DNA of 64,000 nucleotides, taken from IMG/VR virus record IMGVR_UViG_3300027733_000001. One strand, given 5' to 3'. A program made the translations under genes and the position numbers. The notes beneath the pieces are model-generated. The model had not been told where the DNA came from and did not search any database. It saw only the letters and a list, made by a program, of their open reading frames with translations. Source of the stretch: a virus. Below, one piece after another: positions 1-7,960 of the stretch (the first letter of the stretch is position 1; each line of letters begins with the position of its first letter).

Positions 1-109
1 CGGCTGAGATACTCGATGTTCCGCCGAAAACCAATTCGTACTTCTGCACCACAGATTCTATAGCGCGCAGGTTGATATTACTCAATAGAGATGCAAAATG
101 ATTAACCAT
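1..109 (-). CDS. Hypothetical tail/baseplate-region protein, N-terminal part only (runs off window)
   Basis: ATG at 109, two bases after the TAA of the 112..558 gene; reads MVNHFASLLSNINLRAIESVVQKYELVFGGTSSISA to the window edge without a stop. Confidence 0.6.
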   Translation of the reverse strand, partial: MVNHFASLLSNINLRAIESVVQKYELVFGGTSSISA

Positions 110-111
110 AA

Positions 112-558
112 TTATAATCCGTGGTTAACTACAGAAAACGCGAAGTTGAATTGTGCCATGGTATCTGGGTCACCTACAAGATTGACTTGGGCGCTCGTCA
201 TTATCGCTGTCACCACGATGCCGCCAATATCTACAGGCTGCTCTTTTCCTCTCAAGTTACCCAGAGCGGCTTTAAATTTCGCCAAGCCAGGTATACTACC
301 ATAACAATCTCCATACAATGTGCCCTCCACAGTGAGTGCACCTACACCCTTACCGAAATGAATAAACTTGATTACGTCGTCGAAAGTTAAAAAATACTGA
401 ATGGTTTCACCTAGCTGTAGGCTAATAGTGTTATATACTGCCAAACCATCCTTTTGAACAATATTGTCCACTTCAGGTATCGAGATTAAAGATTGGCCTC
501 CCCCAATATTCTGTTTGAATACGTCGTTATTACTTAATGCAAAAAAAGCGGCTGGCAT
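112..558 (-). CDS. Tail tube-like baseplate/tube-initiator protein
   Basis: 148 aa directly downstream of tape measure; alternating beta-strand pattern (FIHFGKGVGALTVEGTLYG, AQFNFAFSV) like tube-fold proteins. Confidence 0.45.
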   Translation of the reverse strand: MPAAFFALSNNDVFKQNIGGGQSLISIPEVDNIVQKDGLAVYNTISLQLGETIQYFLTFDDVIKFIHFGKGVGALTVEGTLYGDCYGSIPGLAKFKAALGNLRGKEQPVDIGGIVVTAIMTSAQVNLVGDPDTMAQFNFAFSVVNHGL

Positions 559-559
559 A

Positions 560-3500
560 TTATAGTTGCTGTATAGCTGTTATGAGTGATGTTAGTCCTC
601 CCCCCAGGACGTCGCCGCTGCTGAGAGTTTCTGTCAACTTATTCATGGCGTCACTCAGGTCTTTCCTGGACTGCAACTCAGGGCTGGTTTCGTTTAATGC
701 TCCTGCACGTTGGGAAGCGATATTTATCTTATCTTGCGTAGTGTTGAGTGCTCCTGCCGCAGTACTACTCGACCAATAATCTCCCCACTCATCTTTATTG
801 AAGGCTCCTTCTCCTTTGTTTTTATCTTTGAGCATCTTCGTCAAGTCCACCTTGCCGTCATTAGATGTATAGTAGTTCTTGAGATATTGCGCATCCCAAC
901 CGCCTCGTTTGCCTGAGGCTTCAAGTGCATTCAGTTGAGAACCTAGTTGATCTGTAAGTTCAGTCCTCTCGGCCTCAAAAAGCTTTTTATAGTTTGCTCC
1001 TGCAGCCGCCTGCATTGCTGCCCCTGAAAGTGCGTTGACTCCTCCTCGCTGGGCAATGTTCAAGGCTCGAGTATCGTCGAGTACTCCTAGCTTTTTATAG
1101 GCCCGTAATGTAGTTAGTCTATTTCTACTGCCGGCGTATTCTCTCGAATTCCAATTTTTATTCGAGGTGGATTCTTTCTCAAGCTTTTCTAACTCAGCCA
1201 AACCTTCTTCAGAACTTTTTAAACGCATCTGTCCGCCCATCTTTGAGGTAGTCAGTAGTTCCTCTATGGTTAATGTGCCAAGATTTTCGGTAGAGGCAGT
1301 ATCTCCAGAGGCCGTTCCTGCTGCTTTTCTGGCGGTTATAAATTCGTTTAAAGCGTCTTTAAATCCGCCACTCTTGATCTTGGTCTCGTCCGACAAACCC
1401 TTCTTACCTACCACCTCAGACATTTTTTCGCCGGCCTTCTGTGCGGATTCTAGTGCAGCATTGGCATTGTCGGTGTTTTTGTTACTAGTGGCGAAAATAT
1501 GTGTAAGTGCGCCGGTAATGTCTTTAGATGTTGTTCCTGAACTCAGAGCGTCCACAACTTGAGTAACTATAGGGGCGTATTTCGAGCCGTACTTCTTATC
1601 CATTTCGGCTTCGTCTTTAGCGCTCTCATCTCTAAGTGCTTCGAATTTTGCATACGCAGACTTCTCGTCGTCAGTACGCGTACCATTCTCCAGCATTTCT
1701 TGCACACCTATTTTAGAGTGCTCCCATACTCGCTTATCTTGAGCAGTAACCAAATATCTTCTAACCTTAGCATCTACCTGGCTAAAGTCCCCTTTAGAAT
1801 TCTTGTACATTTCCTGCATCTGTTCGGTAGATAAACCTACACGGTTCAAATGTTGAAACATTGCAGATGTAAGGGCTGGCTTAGCTGCATTGAACACGGT
1901 ATTCGCCGTGTCCTTATCTTTCATGGCCTCAGCCAATAATTCAGGATTATCAGAAGAAAGGCGGTATAACTGACCCACACTCATGCCTCTTATTTTGGCC
2001 ATACCTGCACGAAGACCTTCATCTAGAGATCTGCCAGTAACTGGTTTATTTTTAAGTAGCTCCTTCAATTGAGCTTTTTCTTCGTCGGTAGCACCATAAT
2101 ATGCGGCAGCAATAGTTGCACCTACCGGACCAGCAGCAAATTCTTGTGCTGTCTTCATTTCTCGAGAAGCTATACCTTGGGCGCCTCCAGCTTTACGATA
2201 ATCGGCAGCAGACATTGTAGCGCCTAGCGAGGCTGCAGTACCCACAGCTTTCATACCTAGTTCAGCTATGGCTGCACTGCTGGTGGATTGTAATGCAGGG
2301 TGATTTGCAGCCAGCTGTTTACCTGCATCAATAATAGATAACATTGTCTTGATGCTTATGCCAGCTACGCGCGCCGTTGCATTTACTTTGCGCAGCAAAC
2401 CTTCTACCTCACCTGCACCTTTTTCACTACCTAAATCTACCTCTGTACCGGCGATATTACTTATCTTGGACACTAATTCAGCTCCTGACTTATTACCGAA
2501 TACTGCTCTTGCTGCAGACATTGCTCCTCCCGAGGCGCTAACATAATCAGCCATGCTGGCAGCCATGCCTGCACCCTTGCGATCCCCGAGCATGCGCAGA
2601 TCCGCCGCTTTAATGAAGCCTGATGTAAAATCTTCCAGTTTAAAACCTCTGGATTTTTCAAAATCAAATCCCTTGACGGCTCCTCCAGCCTTTTGGGAGG
2701 CTGCTCCTTTTTCCTGTAAAGCAGATAACGGAGAGCCTGACCTCAAGCCCTCCATCTCTTTCCTGAAAGCGTCCACATCTACTTCACCGAGGTACTTCTG
2801 TGCTCCACCCACTGTACCTCTTGTAGCCTCGGTCTTAAACTTGTCTAGCTCCCTATCAGATATTTTGAGTACATCTTTTACGCGTTTGAGTAGCCCCTCG
2901 CTAACGTCCTCTGTAATCTTACCTCCCCCCTCTTTAAGAGCTTTCTCTAAATCCGCAGAAAGCATGTCTGCCTGTGCGCTCTTAGCTGATGTTTGACTAG
3001 CTATTCTCTGCGCAACAGGATCGTTTTCATCTACTACATTAAAATTTTTGATTAGTTCTTCGCCTTTCGCATTGAGTTTACCTTCCTTATCGGCCTCAAT
3101 ACCTTTAAAGCCCATGTCTCTAAAAATCTTATTAGCATCAGGACCCTTGGCAATATTTCTAAGAACTTCCTTACCTTGAGCATTAAGGTCTTCTCTTACT
3201 CCGCCTGGGCCTTCGTAGTTTTGCCTCTTATAAAACTGCTTCTCTAGAGACTGCATTATTTCTTCTGTTTCGCCTGAGGATACGGCACCCATCCTACCGA
3301 AATTACCCATGACGCCTGCACCAGCCAATCCGGCGTACAACTGCATCTGGGCAGCCATTGGGTTGCCCCCCATGAACGGAGACATGGTGCGAGCCATCGC
3401 GCTGTCTGGTGTCGCAAATTCTCCCAGTATCCCTAGTAAAGGATTTCCGCCAAGTCCTACCCTGGAGGCCATCCCATTATTCATGAGACCTGACCTCTGC

Positions 3501-3703
3501 AGGTTTAGAAACTCTGTTGAGCGGTTGCGCTGCAACATAGCTTCATACATACTCTGTCCATTATCGGACGCAGGCATGTAATTTTGCCCAAACATCATCC
3601 GCATGGCCGTATTCATCCATGGGTGACCAAAATTTCTACCCAATGGAGAATACGACGAATACAGATTATCGGAAGAGTCGAACGAGTCTACATCATTATA
3701 CAT
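560..3703 (-). CDS. Tape measure protein
   Basis: 1047 aa, Ala/Gly/Lys-rich helical; lies immediately after a frameshifting chaperone pair and after tube and sheath genes. Confidence 0.7.
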   Translation of the reverse strand: MYNDVDSFDSSDNLYSSYSPLGRNFGHPWMNTAMRMMFGQNYMPASDNGQSMYEAMLQRNRSTEFLNLQRSGLMNNGMASRVGLGGNPLLGILGEFATPDSAMARTMSPFMGGNPMAAQMQLYAGLAGAGVMGNFGRMGAVSSGETEEIMQSLEKQFYKRQNYEGPGGVREDLNAQGKEVLRNIAKGPDANKIFRDMGFKGIEADKEGKLNAKGEELIKNFNVVDENDPVAQRIASQTSAKSAQADMLSADLEKALKEGGGKITEDVSEGLLKRVKDVLKISDRELDKFKTEATRGTVGGAQKYLGEVDVDAFRKEMEGLRSGSPLSALQEKGAASQKAGGAVKGFDFEKSRGFKLEDFTSGFIKAADLRMLGDRKGAGMAASMADYVSASGGAMSAARAVFGNKSGAELVSKISNIAGTEVDLGSEKGAGEVEGLLRKVNATARVAGISIKTMLSIIDAGKQLAANHPALQSTSSAAIAELGMKAVGTAASLGATMSAADYRKAGGAQGIASREMKTAQEFAAGPVGATIAAAYYGATDEEKAQLKELLKNKPVTGRSLDEGLRAGMAKIRGMSVGQLYRLSSDNPELLAEAMKDKDTANTVFNAAKPALTSAMFQHLNRVGLSTEQMQEMYKNSKGDFSQVDAKVRRYLVTAQDKRVWEHSKIGVQEMLENGTRTDDEKSAYAKFEALRDESAKDEAEMDKKYGSKYAPIVTQVVDALSSGTTSKDITGALTHIFATSNKNTDNANAALESAQKAGEKMSEVVGKKGLSDETKIKSGGFKDALNEFITARKAAGTASGDTASTENLGTLTIEELLTTSKMGGQMRLKSSEEGLAELEKLEKESTSNKNWNSREYAGSRNRLTTLRAYKKLGVLDDTRALNIAQRGGVNALSGAAMQAAAGANYKKLFEAERTELTDQLGSQLNALEASGKRGGWDAQYLKNYYTSNDGKVDLTKMLKDKNKGEGAFNKDEWGDYWSSSTAAGALNTTQDKINIASQRAGALNETSPELQSRKDLSDAMNKLTETLSSGDVLGGGLTSLITAIQQL

Positions 3704-3705
3704 TG

Positions 3706-4059
3706 CTATTTTTTGTTAGCGTGCTGTAAGAATGTTCTCCATTCGTCTAGCTCGTCTTTAGATAATTCTTCTTTTTTCTTTATTGTATCTTTTGGAAGAG
3801 CAGAAGGCAATTTTAATCCTATTAACGATCTAGAAGTATCGAATATTGGAGCCAAAACGTCTTTGTTTCTGACGTCTAGCGTAGCGCGCAGCACAGTTTC
3901 CATTAGCAGCTTGTGCTCTAGCAAAGAATATAGTCGCTCATCTTGAACATAGTTCAAAATGAGCTCTTCTCTAAGATATGAAGATGGTTGCGGATACTCA
4001 AAAGTCAGCCAGCCGCGCAGGTAGCCTTCAGTGAGGCACTTTACACGCTGGCTTTCCAA
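3706..4059 (-). CDS. Tail assembly chaperone, frameshift extension (gpT-like)
   Basis: ORF opens only with TTG, lies in the -1 frame of 4041..4556, and follows slippery heptamer A AAT TTT. Confidence 0.7.
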   Translation of the reverse strand: MESQRVKCLTEGYLRGWLTFEYPQPSSYLREELILNYVQDERLYSLLEHKLLMETVLRATLDVRNKDVLAPIFDTSRSLIGLKLPSALPKDTIKKKEELSKDELDEWRTFLQHANKK

Positions 4060-4065
4060 AAATTT
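4007..4065 (-). other. Programmed -1 ribosomal frameshift signal
   Basis: A_AAT_TTT (4065..4059) fits X XXY YYZ in the frame of the upstream ORF; 5 nt later AGCCAGC (4053..4047) can pair with GCTGGCT (4013..4007). Confidence 0.75.
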
Positions 4066-4556
4066 TGGGTATGTACCTCTTTAGAAAGCTTGAGAATCTT
4101 GGCTTCAAAGAGCTGGAAGGCGTCCAGGTATGCTGAGAGTTTGAGTGTAGGCCAATTAAGGGTTTCTTTGGCTCTAGCTCTTACATAAGAGGTATTATCG
4201 TCTAAAGCAATGAACTTGTCTTTGGTGATAGCTGAAAACGGCCTGTCGTCCACAGAAACCAAAGACAGTGCCAACCTATATGTGGATATCGTGATTAGAT
4301 AGGCGTCATTGTCTGCAGCCACACCGCTAGACCTATCCATGACAATCTGGTTTACCACATCTGTATTTTCCTGCACAGTCAGCGCCTTAAACTTAAGGGT
4401 GAGTTGCGCATCAAACAAAGAAACTTCCTCAGTATAGGGAGTGTCTGCCAATACACTTTTCAAATAGCGCTCTTTATCCCCGGCGGACAGTTCAACATTT
4501 TTAACTGTCTCTGTGTTTGTCTCTATAGATGGGTTGATGATCGGTTGCTCTTCCAT
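4041..4556 (-). CDS. Tail assembly chaperone (gpG-like)
   Basis: 171 aa, position upstream of tape measure, ends with slippery site just before its stop. Confidence 0.7.
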   Translation of the reverse strand: MEEQPIINPSIETNTETVKNVELSAGDKERYLKSVLADTPYTEEVSLFDAQLTLKFKALTVQENTDVVNQIVMDRSSGVAADNDAYLITISTYRLALSLVSVDDRPFSAITKDKFIALDDNTSYVRARAKETLNWPTLKLSAYLDAFQLFEAKILKLSKEVHTQNFWKASV

Positions 4557-4557
4557 A

Positions 4558-6936
4558 TTAGTTGTTGTATACTTTGTAATTTTGCAGTGAGTCTAGTGTA
4601 ATTTCACCTGGTTTTTTGTCTGCATCGGCCTTACTGAAATAGGCCTCACCTGACTCATTAGGTTCCAGATTAACAGGCTTTGCTGCAGAGTAATAGAAGT
4701 TTTCAAATAAATCTTTGCCTGGATATGGTAACGAGGCATTGATCTCCTGTTCCTCCCAGGCTTTCAGATCATACATTTGGGTGAGTAGATCGTCTTGCTG
4801 CGCTAGTGTCGTCGGTATAGCGTCCTGTTCAGGAACAAGTGTTCCGTATTGATATGATGACAAAAACTTAAACTGTAGGTCTGTAAACTTAGATTCTTCC
4901 TGGAAAACAGTTTGGTTAAGAATGTCTTCCTTAGCAGACCTAATGTCTGAGAGCTGCTCTGTTAGCTTGGATACCTCTAAGCAGCCATAGAGCACATCAA
5001 TGAAAGGATTTGGTGTATCACCATACAGGTCATATCCTACCCCTAGCGGTTGGTCCTTCTGCCCTATAGAGGTCGATACAGCGCCAGCCAATACCACAGC
5101 GCTGTCAGAGAGCAGCTCTGTCACATTCGTAGAGTGTAACAGTATGCTCGTATCAGCGAGCATGATTGTGTTAGATTTACTGTGCGTGATTAGTGAATCA
5201 TGAGCAATAATGTCTATGTTATTTAGGGACTGAAACAATAGGCTGTTTTTTGCGTAGTTCACTATCTGATTTTCTGCATAATTGTAGATACTTAACTTCG
5301 ACTTTAATACGATGCCTCCGATGTCCTCTACTGCAGCTTCGGTAGGATCTGGAGAACCTGGTGTAGCTGTTTCTCCGTTAGACTCTAGTATTATCCCTGA
5401 CTTATTACTGTAGCAGTACAATGCTTTCTCTGCCTTAAGTCGCATGCCTTCTTCTGAAGAAGCGAGATCTAGATGCTTCTTGCAGGTCATGTTTATGTTT
5501 CCACCAGCCTTAACAATATTGTTTCTCAAGGGCTGAGACACAAGGTCTTTAGCGGGCTGCAGATAAATGTTTCCTCCCTCCATGACGATTGCAGAATTCC
5601 ATGCATCTCGTATAGTGATTCCGCCGTTGGGCATTATGTATATACCTGCTGTACGCTGGACATATTCTTTTAAGTTTAATGGTGTCTCCTGATCTACCTG
5701 ATCTAGATCCTTTAGGCTAGTTTCAGAGTCAATTTGGTCGTTTACGTAGAAATCTTTCTCGTGCTTTTTAAAGTTCTGATACCCTAGCTTTTCATTCACG
5801 TAAGCTACATAGTCTCTGAGCTGTAGTGCATAATTAAACGGATTGTCTTTAAAGTTATAGTCGTTCTTGAATTCGAACGGCTCCTTCTTATCATATTTTA
5901 ATTCCTCTGCATTGTCACCATTGGGGTCATCTGGTGCAGCCTTTCTTAGAGGTACACGAATCCAGTTAGTCTTTTCTATGAAGATTTCTTTCACGCTGCG
6001 TAGATGAAAAGCCCCGTCTGTACCTATATGAGCGTCCCATAGGCCTGTGTCTGGCTTCTCAGGAGTGTATTCAGGATCTAGCTTGCGTACTTCTTTCTCA
6101 TCCGGACATACCAGGAACACATGTAAGAAGTCTCCCAGCCCTCCTAGAAACCATTTGAACCGTTCGATAGCTTTAACCCGCTCGTCTTCTTTGATTGAGA
6201 AATAATCGGATTTGTCGTCAACAGTATGTCCACCCTTCTTCTCAAACATAGGGTCCTGTGAGTCGGTCTTTACTGCAGGTCTACCATAAGATTCAGCAGG
6301 TTTGTGAGTGGCTCCAAACTCAGCCATTATACTTTTACCGTCGTGGTAAACACTATACTCTCCTAGCGCTGTATAGTGTTGAAAGTTATGACTAATCACT
6401 CTTACGAGATCGTCCAGTAAGTGGCATTGAATCTGTGCTAGTTCAGAGGCTTTTAGGGTAGCCAGCTGCTGATACAACCCTAGTAATACTCCAAACTCAT
6501 TACTTACAACATGCTCACCTTCTACTACGTCTGATGGTCTTCGATGATCGTATAGGTCCGGCGTATTACGCATGTGACCTGCCTTATTGGCTTCGTCAGA
6601 AATTGCGTTACCTGCACCAATACATGTTCTAGCGGGAAGCGCGACTTTCTTAGTAATAGTGTTCTGTGGAATCATTCCCACAATAAAACAACCTGCACCT
6701 GTACCATCCTCAACACACAACACTCTAGAACCAGGCTGAGGCATTGTAGACTCTTTGAACCCTAGGAAAGCAGATAGAGTCGAGACCACCATGATGCCTT
6801 GCATGCGCATGCCGCCATCGGCTGAGTTTGCACCAGCATAAGACTCTCTGATGACTGTTACTGCATTAGATCCTGCATTGGATGTGATTACGAATCCAAC
6901 AAAAACACCTGATGACTTTTGTTTAGTTAGCGACAT
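4558..6936 (-). CDS. Baseplate central spike (gp5/VgrG-like)
   Basis: N-terminal OB-fold-like segment (GFVITSNAGSNAVTV...PQPGSRVLC...FIVGMIP) and beta-helix-like repeats of about 8 aa (NIYLQPAKDLVSQPLRNNIVKAGGNINMTCKKHLDLAS); tail cluster context. Confidence 0.55.
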   Translation of the reverse strand: MSLTKQKSSGVFVGFVITSNAGSNAVTVIRESYAGANSADGGMRMQGIMVVSTLSAFLGFKESTMPQPGSRVLCVEDGTGAGCFIVGMIPQNTITKKVALPARTCIGAGNAISDEANKAGHMRNTPDLYDHRRPSDVVEGEHVVSNEFGVLLGLYQQLATLKASELAQIQCHLLDDLVRVISHNFQHYTALGEYSVYHDGKSIMAEFGATHKPAESYGRPAVKTDSQDPMFEKKGGHTVDDKSDYFSIKEDERVKAIERFKWFLGGLGDFLHVFLVCPDEKEVRKLDPEYTPEKPDTGLWDAHIGTDGAFHLRSVKEIFIEKTNWIRVPLRKAAPDDPNGDNAEELKYDKKEPFEFKNDYNFKDNPFNYALQLRDYVAYVNEKLGYQNFKKHEKDFYVNDQIDSETSLKDLDQVDQETPLNLKEYVQRTAGIYIMPNGGITIRDAWNSAIVMEGGNIYLQPAKDLVSQPLRNNIVKAGGNINMTCKKHLDLASSEEGMRLKAEKALYCYSNKSGIILESNGETATPGSPDPTEAAVEDIGGIVLKSKLSIYNYAENQIVNYAKNSLLFQSLNNIDIIAHDSLITHSKSNTIMLADTSILLHSTNVTELLSDSAVVLAGAVSTSIGQKDQPLGVGYDLYGDTPNPFIDVLYGCLEVSKLTEQLSDIRSAKEDILNQTVFQEESKFTDLQFKFLSSYQYGTLVPEQDAIPTTLAQQDDLLTQMYDLKAWEEQEINASLPYPGKDLFENFYYSAAKPVNLEPNESGEAYFSKADADKKPGEITLDSLQNYKVYNN

Positions 6937-6947
6937 ATATGTACGTG

Positions 6948-6986
6948 AAAAGACCTCAGTCTTAATATACTAGACTGAGGTCTTTT
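6948..6986 (-). terminator. Intrinsic terminator after tail tube gene (perfect 15-bp inverted repeat)
   Basis: AAAAGACCTCAGTCT-9 nt-AGACTGAGGTCTTTT, 22 nt downstream of tube stop. Confidence 0.7.
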
Positions 6987-7008
6987 AGCAAGTAAATAGC
7001 GCTTATGC

Positions 7009-7443
7009 TTAGCCTGCACTCAGCTGCAAGAATTCAATAGTCACATTGTCCATGACTGTAAGACTTTCTGCCTCTGCCTGGATAGAGAACTGAGACACGA
7101 TACAACCCGAGGCTGTATATGTGCTGGATGCACCTCTGTCGCATCCTCCGGCAAGCTGCAGTGTGATAGTGCCCGGCAAACAGGCCTGCCATCCTGGAGC
7201 AGAGAACAAACCAGCGCTGTCTGTAGTCAAAAGGCGCTGGATAGAAATTTGACCGTTAGGCATAGCTGCCCAAATAACAGCTGCCTTGTTACCGATAGTA
7301 CGGCGGCGATTAACCTGCTGAGCATAGGTAACAGATACCTGAATAGCTCCGGTTACGACCTGCCCCCAAATGAGTGTGGCCTTGTCGGCTGTAATCGGCG
7401 TGGCCGGTGTGTATGCATTAAATCCAAATACGTCGTTTGCCAT
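7009..7443 (-). CDS. Tail tube protein
   Basis: 144 aa after sheath; tube-like pattern (AIQVSVTYAQQVNRRRTIG...GCIVSQFSIQAEAESLTVMDNVTIEFLQL); own promoter and terminator imply high expression. Confidence 0.7.
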   Translation of the reverse strand: MANDVFGFNAYTPATPITADKATLIWGQVVTGAIQVSVTYAQQVNRRRTIGNKAAVIWAAMPNGQISIQRLLTTDSAGLFSAPGWQACLPGTITLQLAGGCDRGASSTYTASGCIVSQFSIQAEAESLTVMDNVTIEFLQLSAG

Positions 7444-7471
7444 ATATTTTTATGTGTTGTTTGTTTTTACT

Positions 7472-7500
7472 ATTATAACCAAGATAAACCAAAGGCGCAA
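7472..7500 (-). promoter_or_regulatory. sigma70-type promoter of tube gene
   Basis: TTGCGC-17-TATAAT. Confidence 0.65.
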
Positions 7501-7513
7501 TATTCCAGATAAA

Positions 7514-7717
7514 CTATTTTAGTAGCCCTAGAGCTGTAGCTATTTCGTTAAAATTAGGGTCTTCTCCTTTGGTGTACCTTATCCAGCCTTTGCCGTCTCC
7601 CACAATACGATAGATCACGTTGGGTTTACCGTCATCTGAGTATATGAGAATGCCTGTAGCTTTATCGGTATCTAACAGTAACGGCTCTCTAAAATCCCCA
7701 GTGACGACAACTTTCAT
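7514..7717 (-). CDS. Small hypothetical protein (67 aa)
   Basis: ATG at 7717 one base after upstream TAG (MKVVVTGDFREPLLL...); start revised from ORF track. Confidence 0.6.
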   Translation of the reverse strand: MKVVVTGDFREPLLLDTDKATGILIYSDDGKPNVIYRIVGDGKGWIRYTKGEDPNFNEIATALGLLK

Positions 7718-7718
7718 A

Positions 7719-7958
7719 CTATAACTGAATCTTTTTAGCTGCAGTCTCCATATCACTATGAACCAAGTGCTGTTTGAGTAGGTCCGTCAAGGCAGCTAGG
7801 TTATCAGGAGATTGGTTATGTTGCTCCTCATCCAGATCTTTAAACATTGCTTGCGCTCCTGGATATTCCATAGCTCGCTTGAGTATGTGGACTCCCTGTT
7901 GTTCGGAGAGTCCACATTCCTCAGCGTATTTTATGAAACCCGCCTCGAAAGAGTTCAT
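7719..7958 (-). CDS. Small K-x-A motif protein
   Basis: MNSFEAGFIKYAEECGLSEQQGVHILKRAMEY resembles the linker motif of 16745..18106. Confidence 0.65.
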   Translation of the reverse strand: MNSFEAGFIKYAEECGLSEQQGVHILKRAMEYPGAQAMFKDLDEEQHNQSPDNLAALTDLLKQHLVHSDMETAAKKIQL

Positions 7959-7960
7959 AA

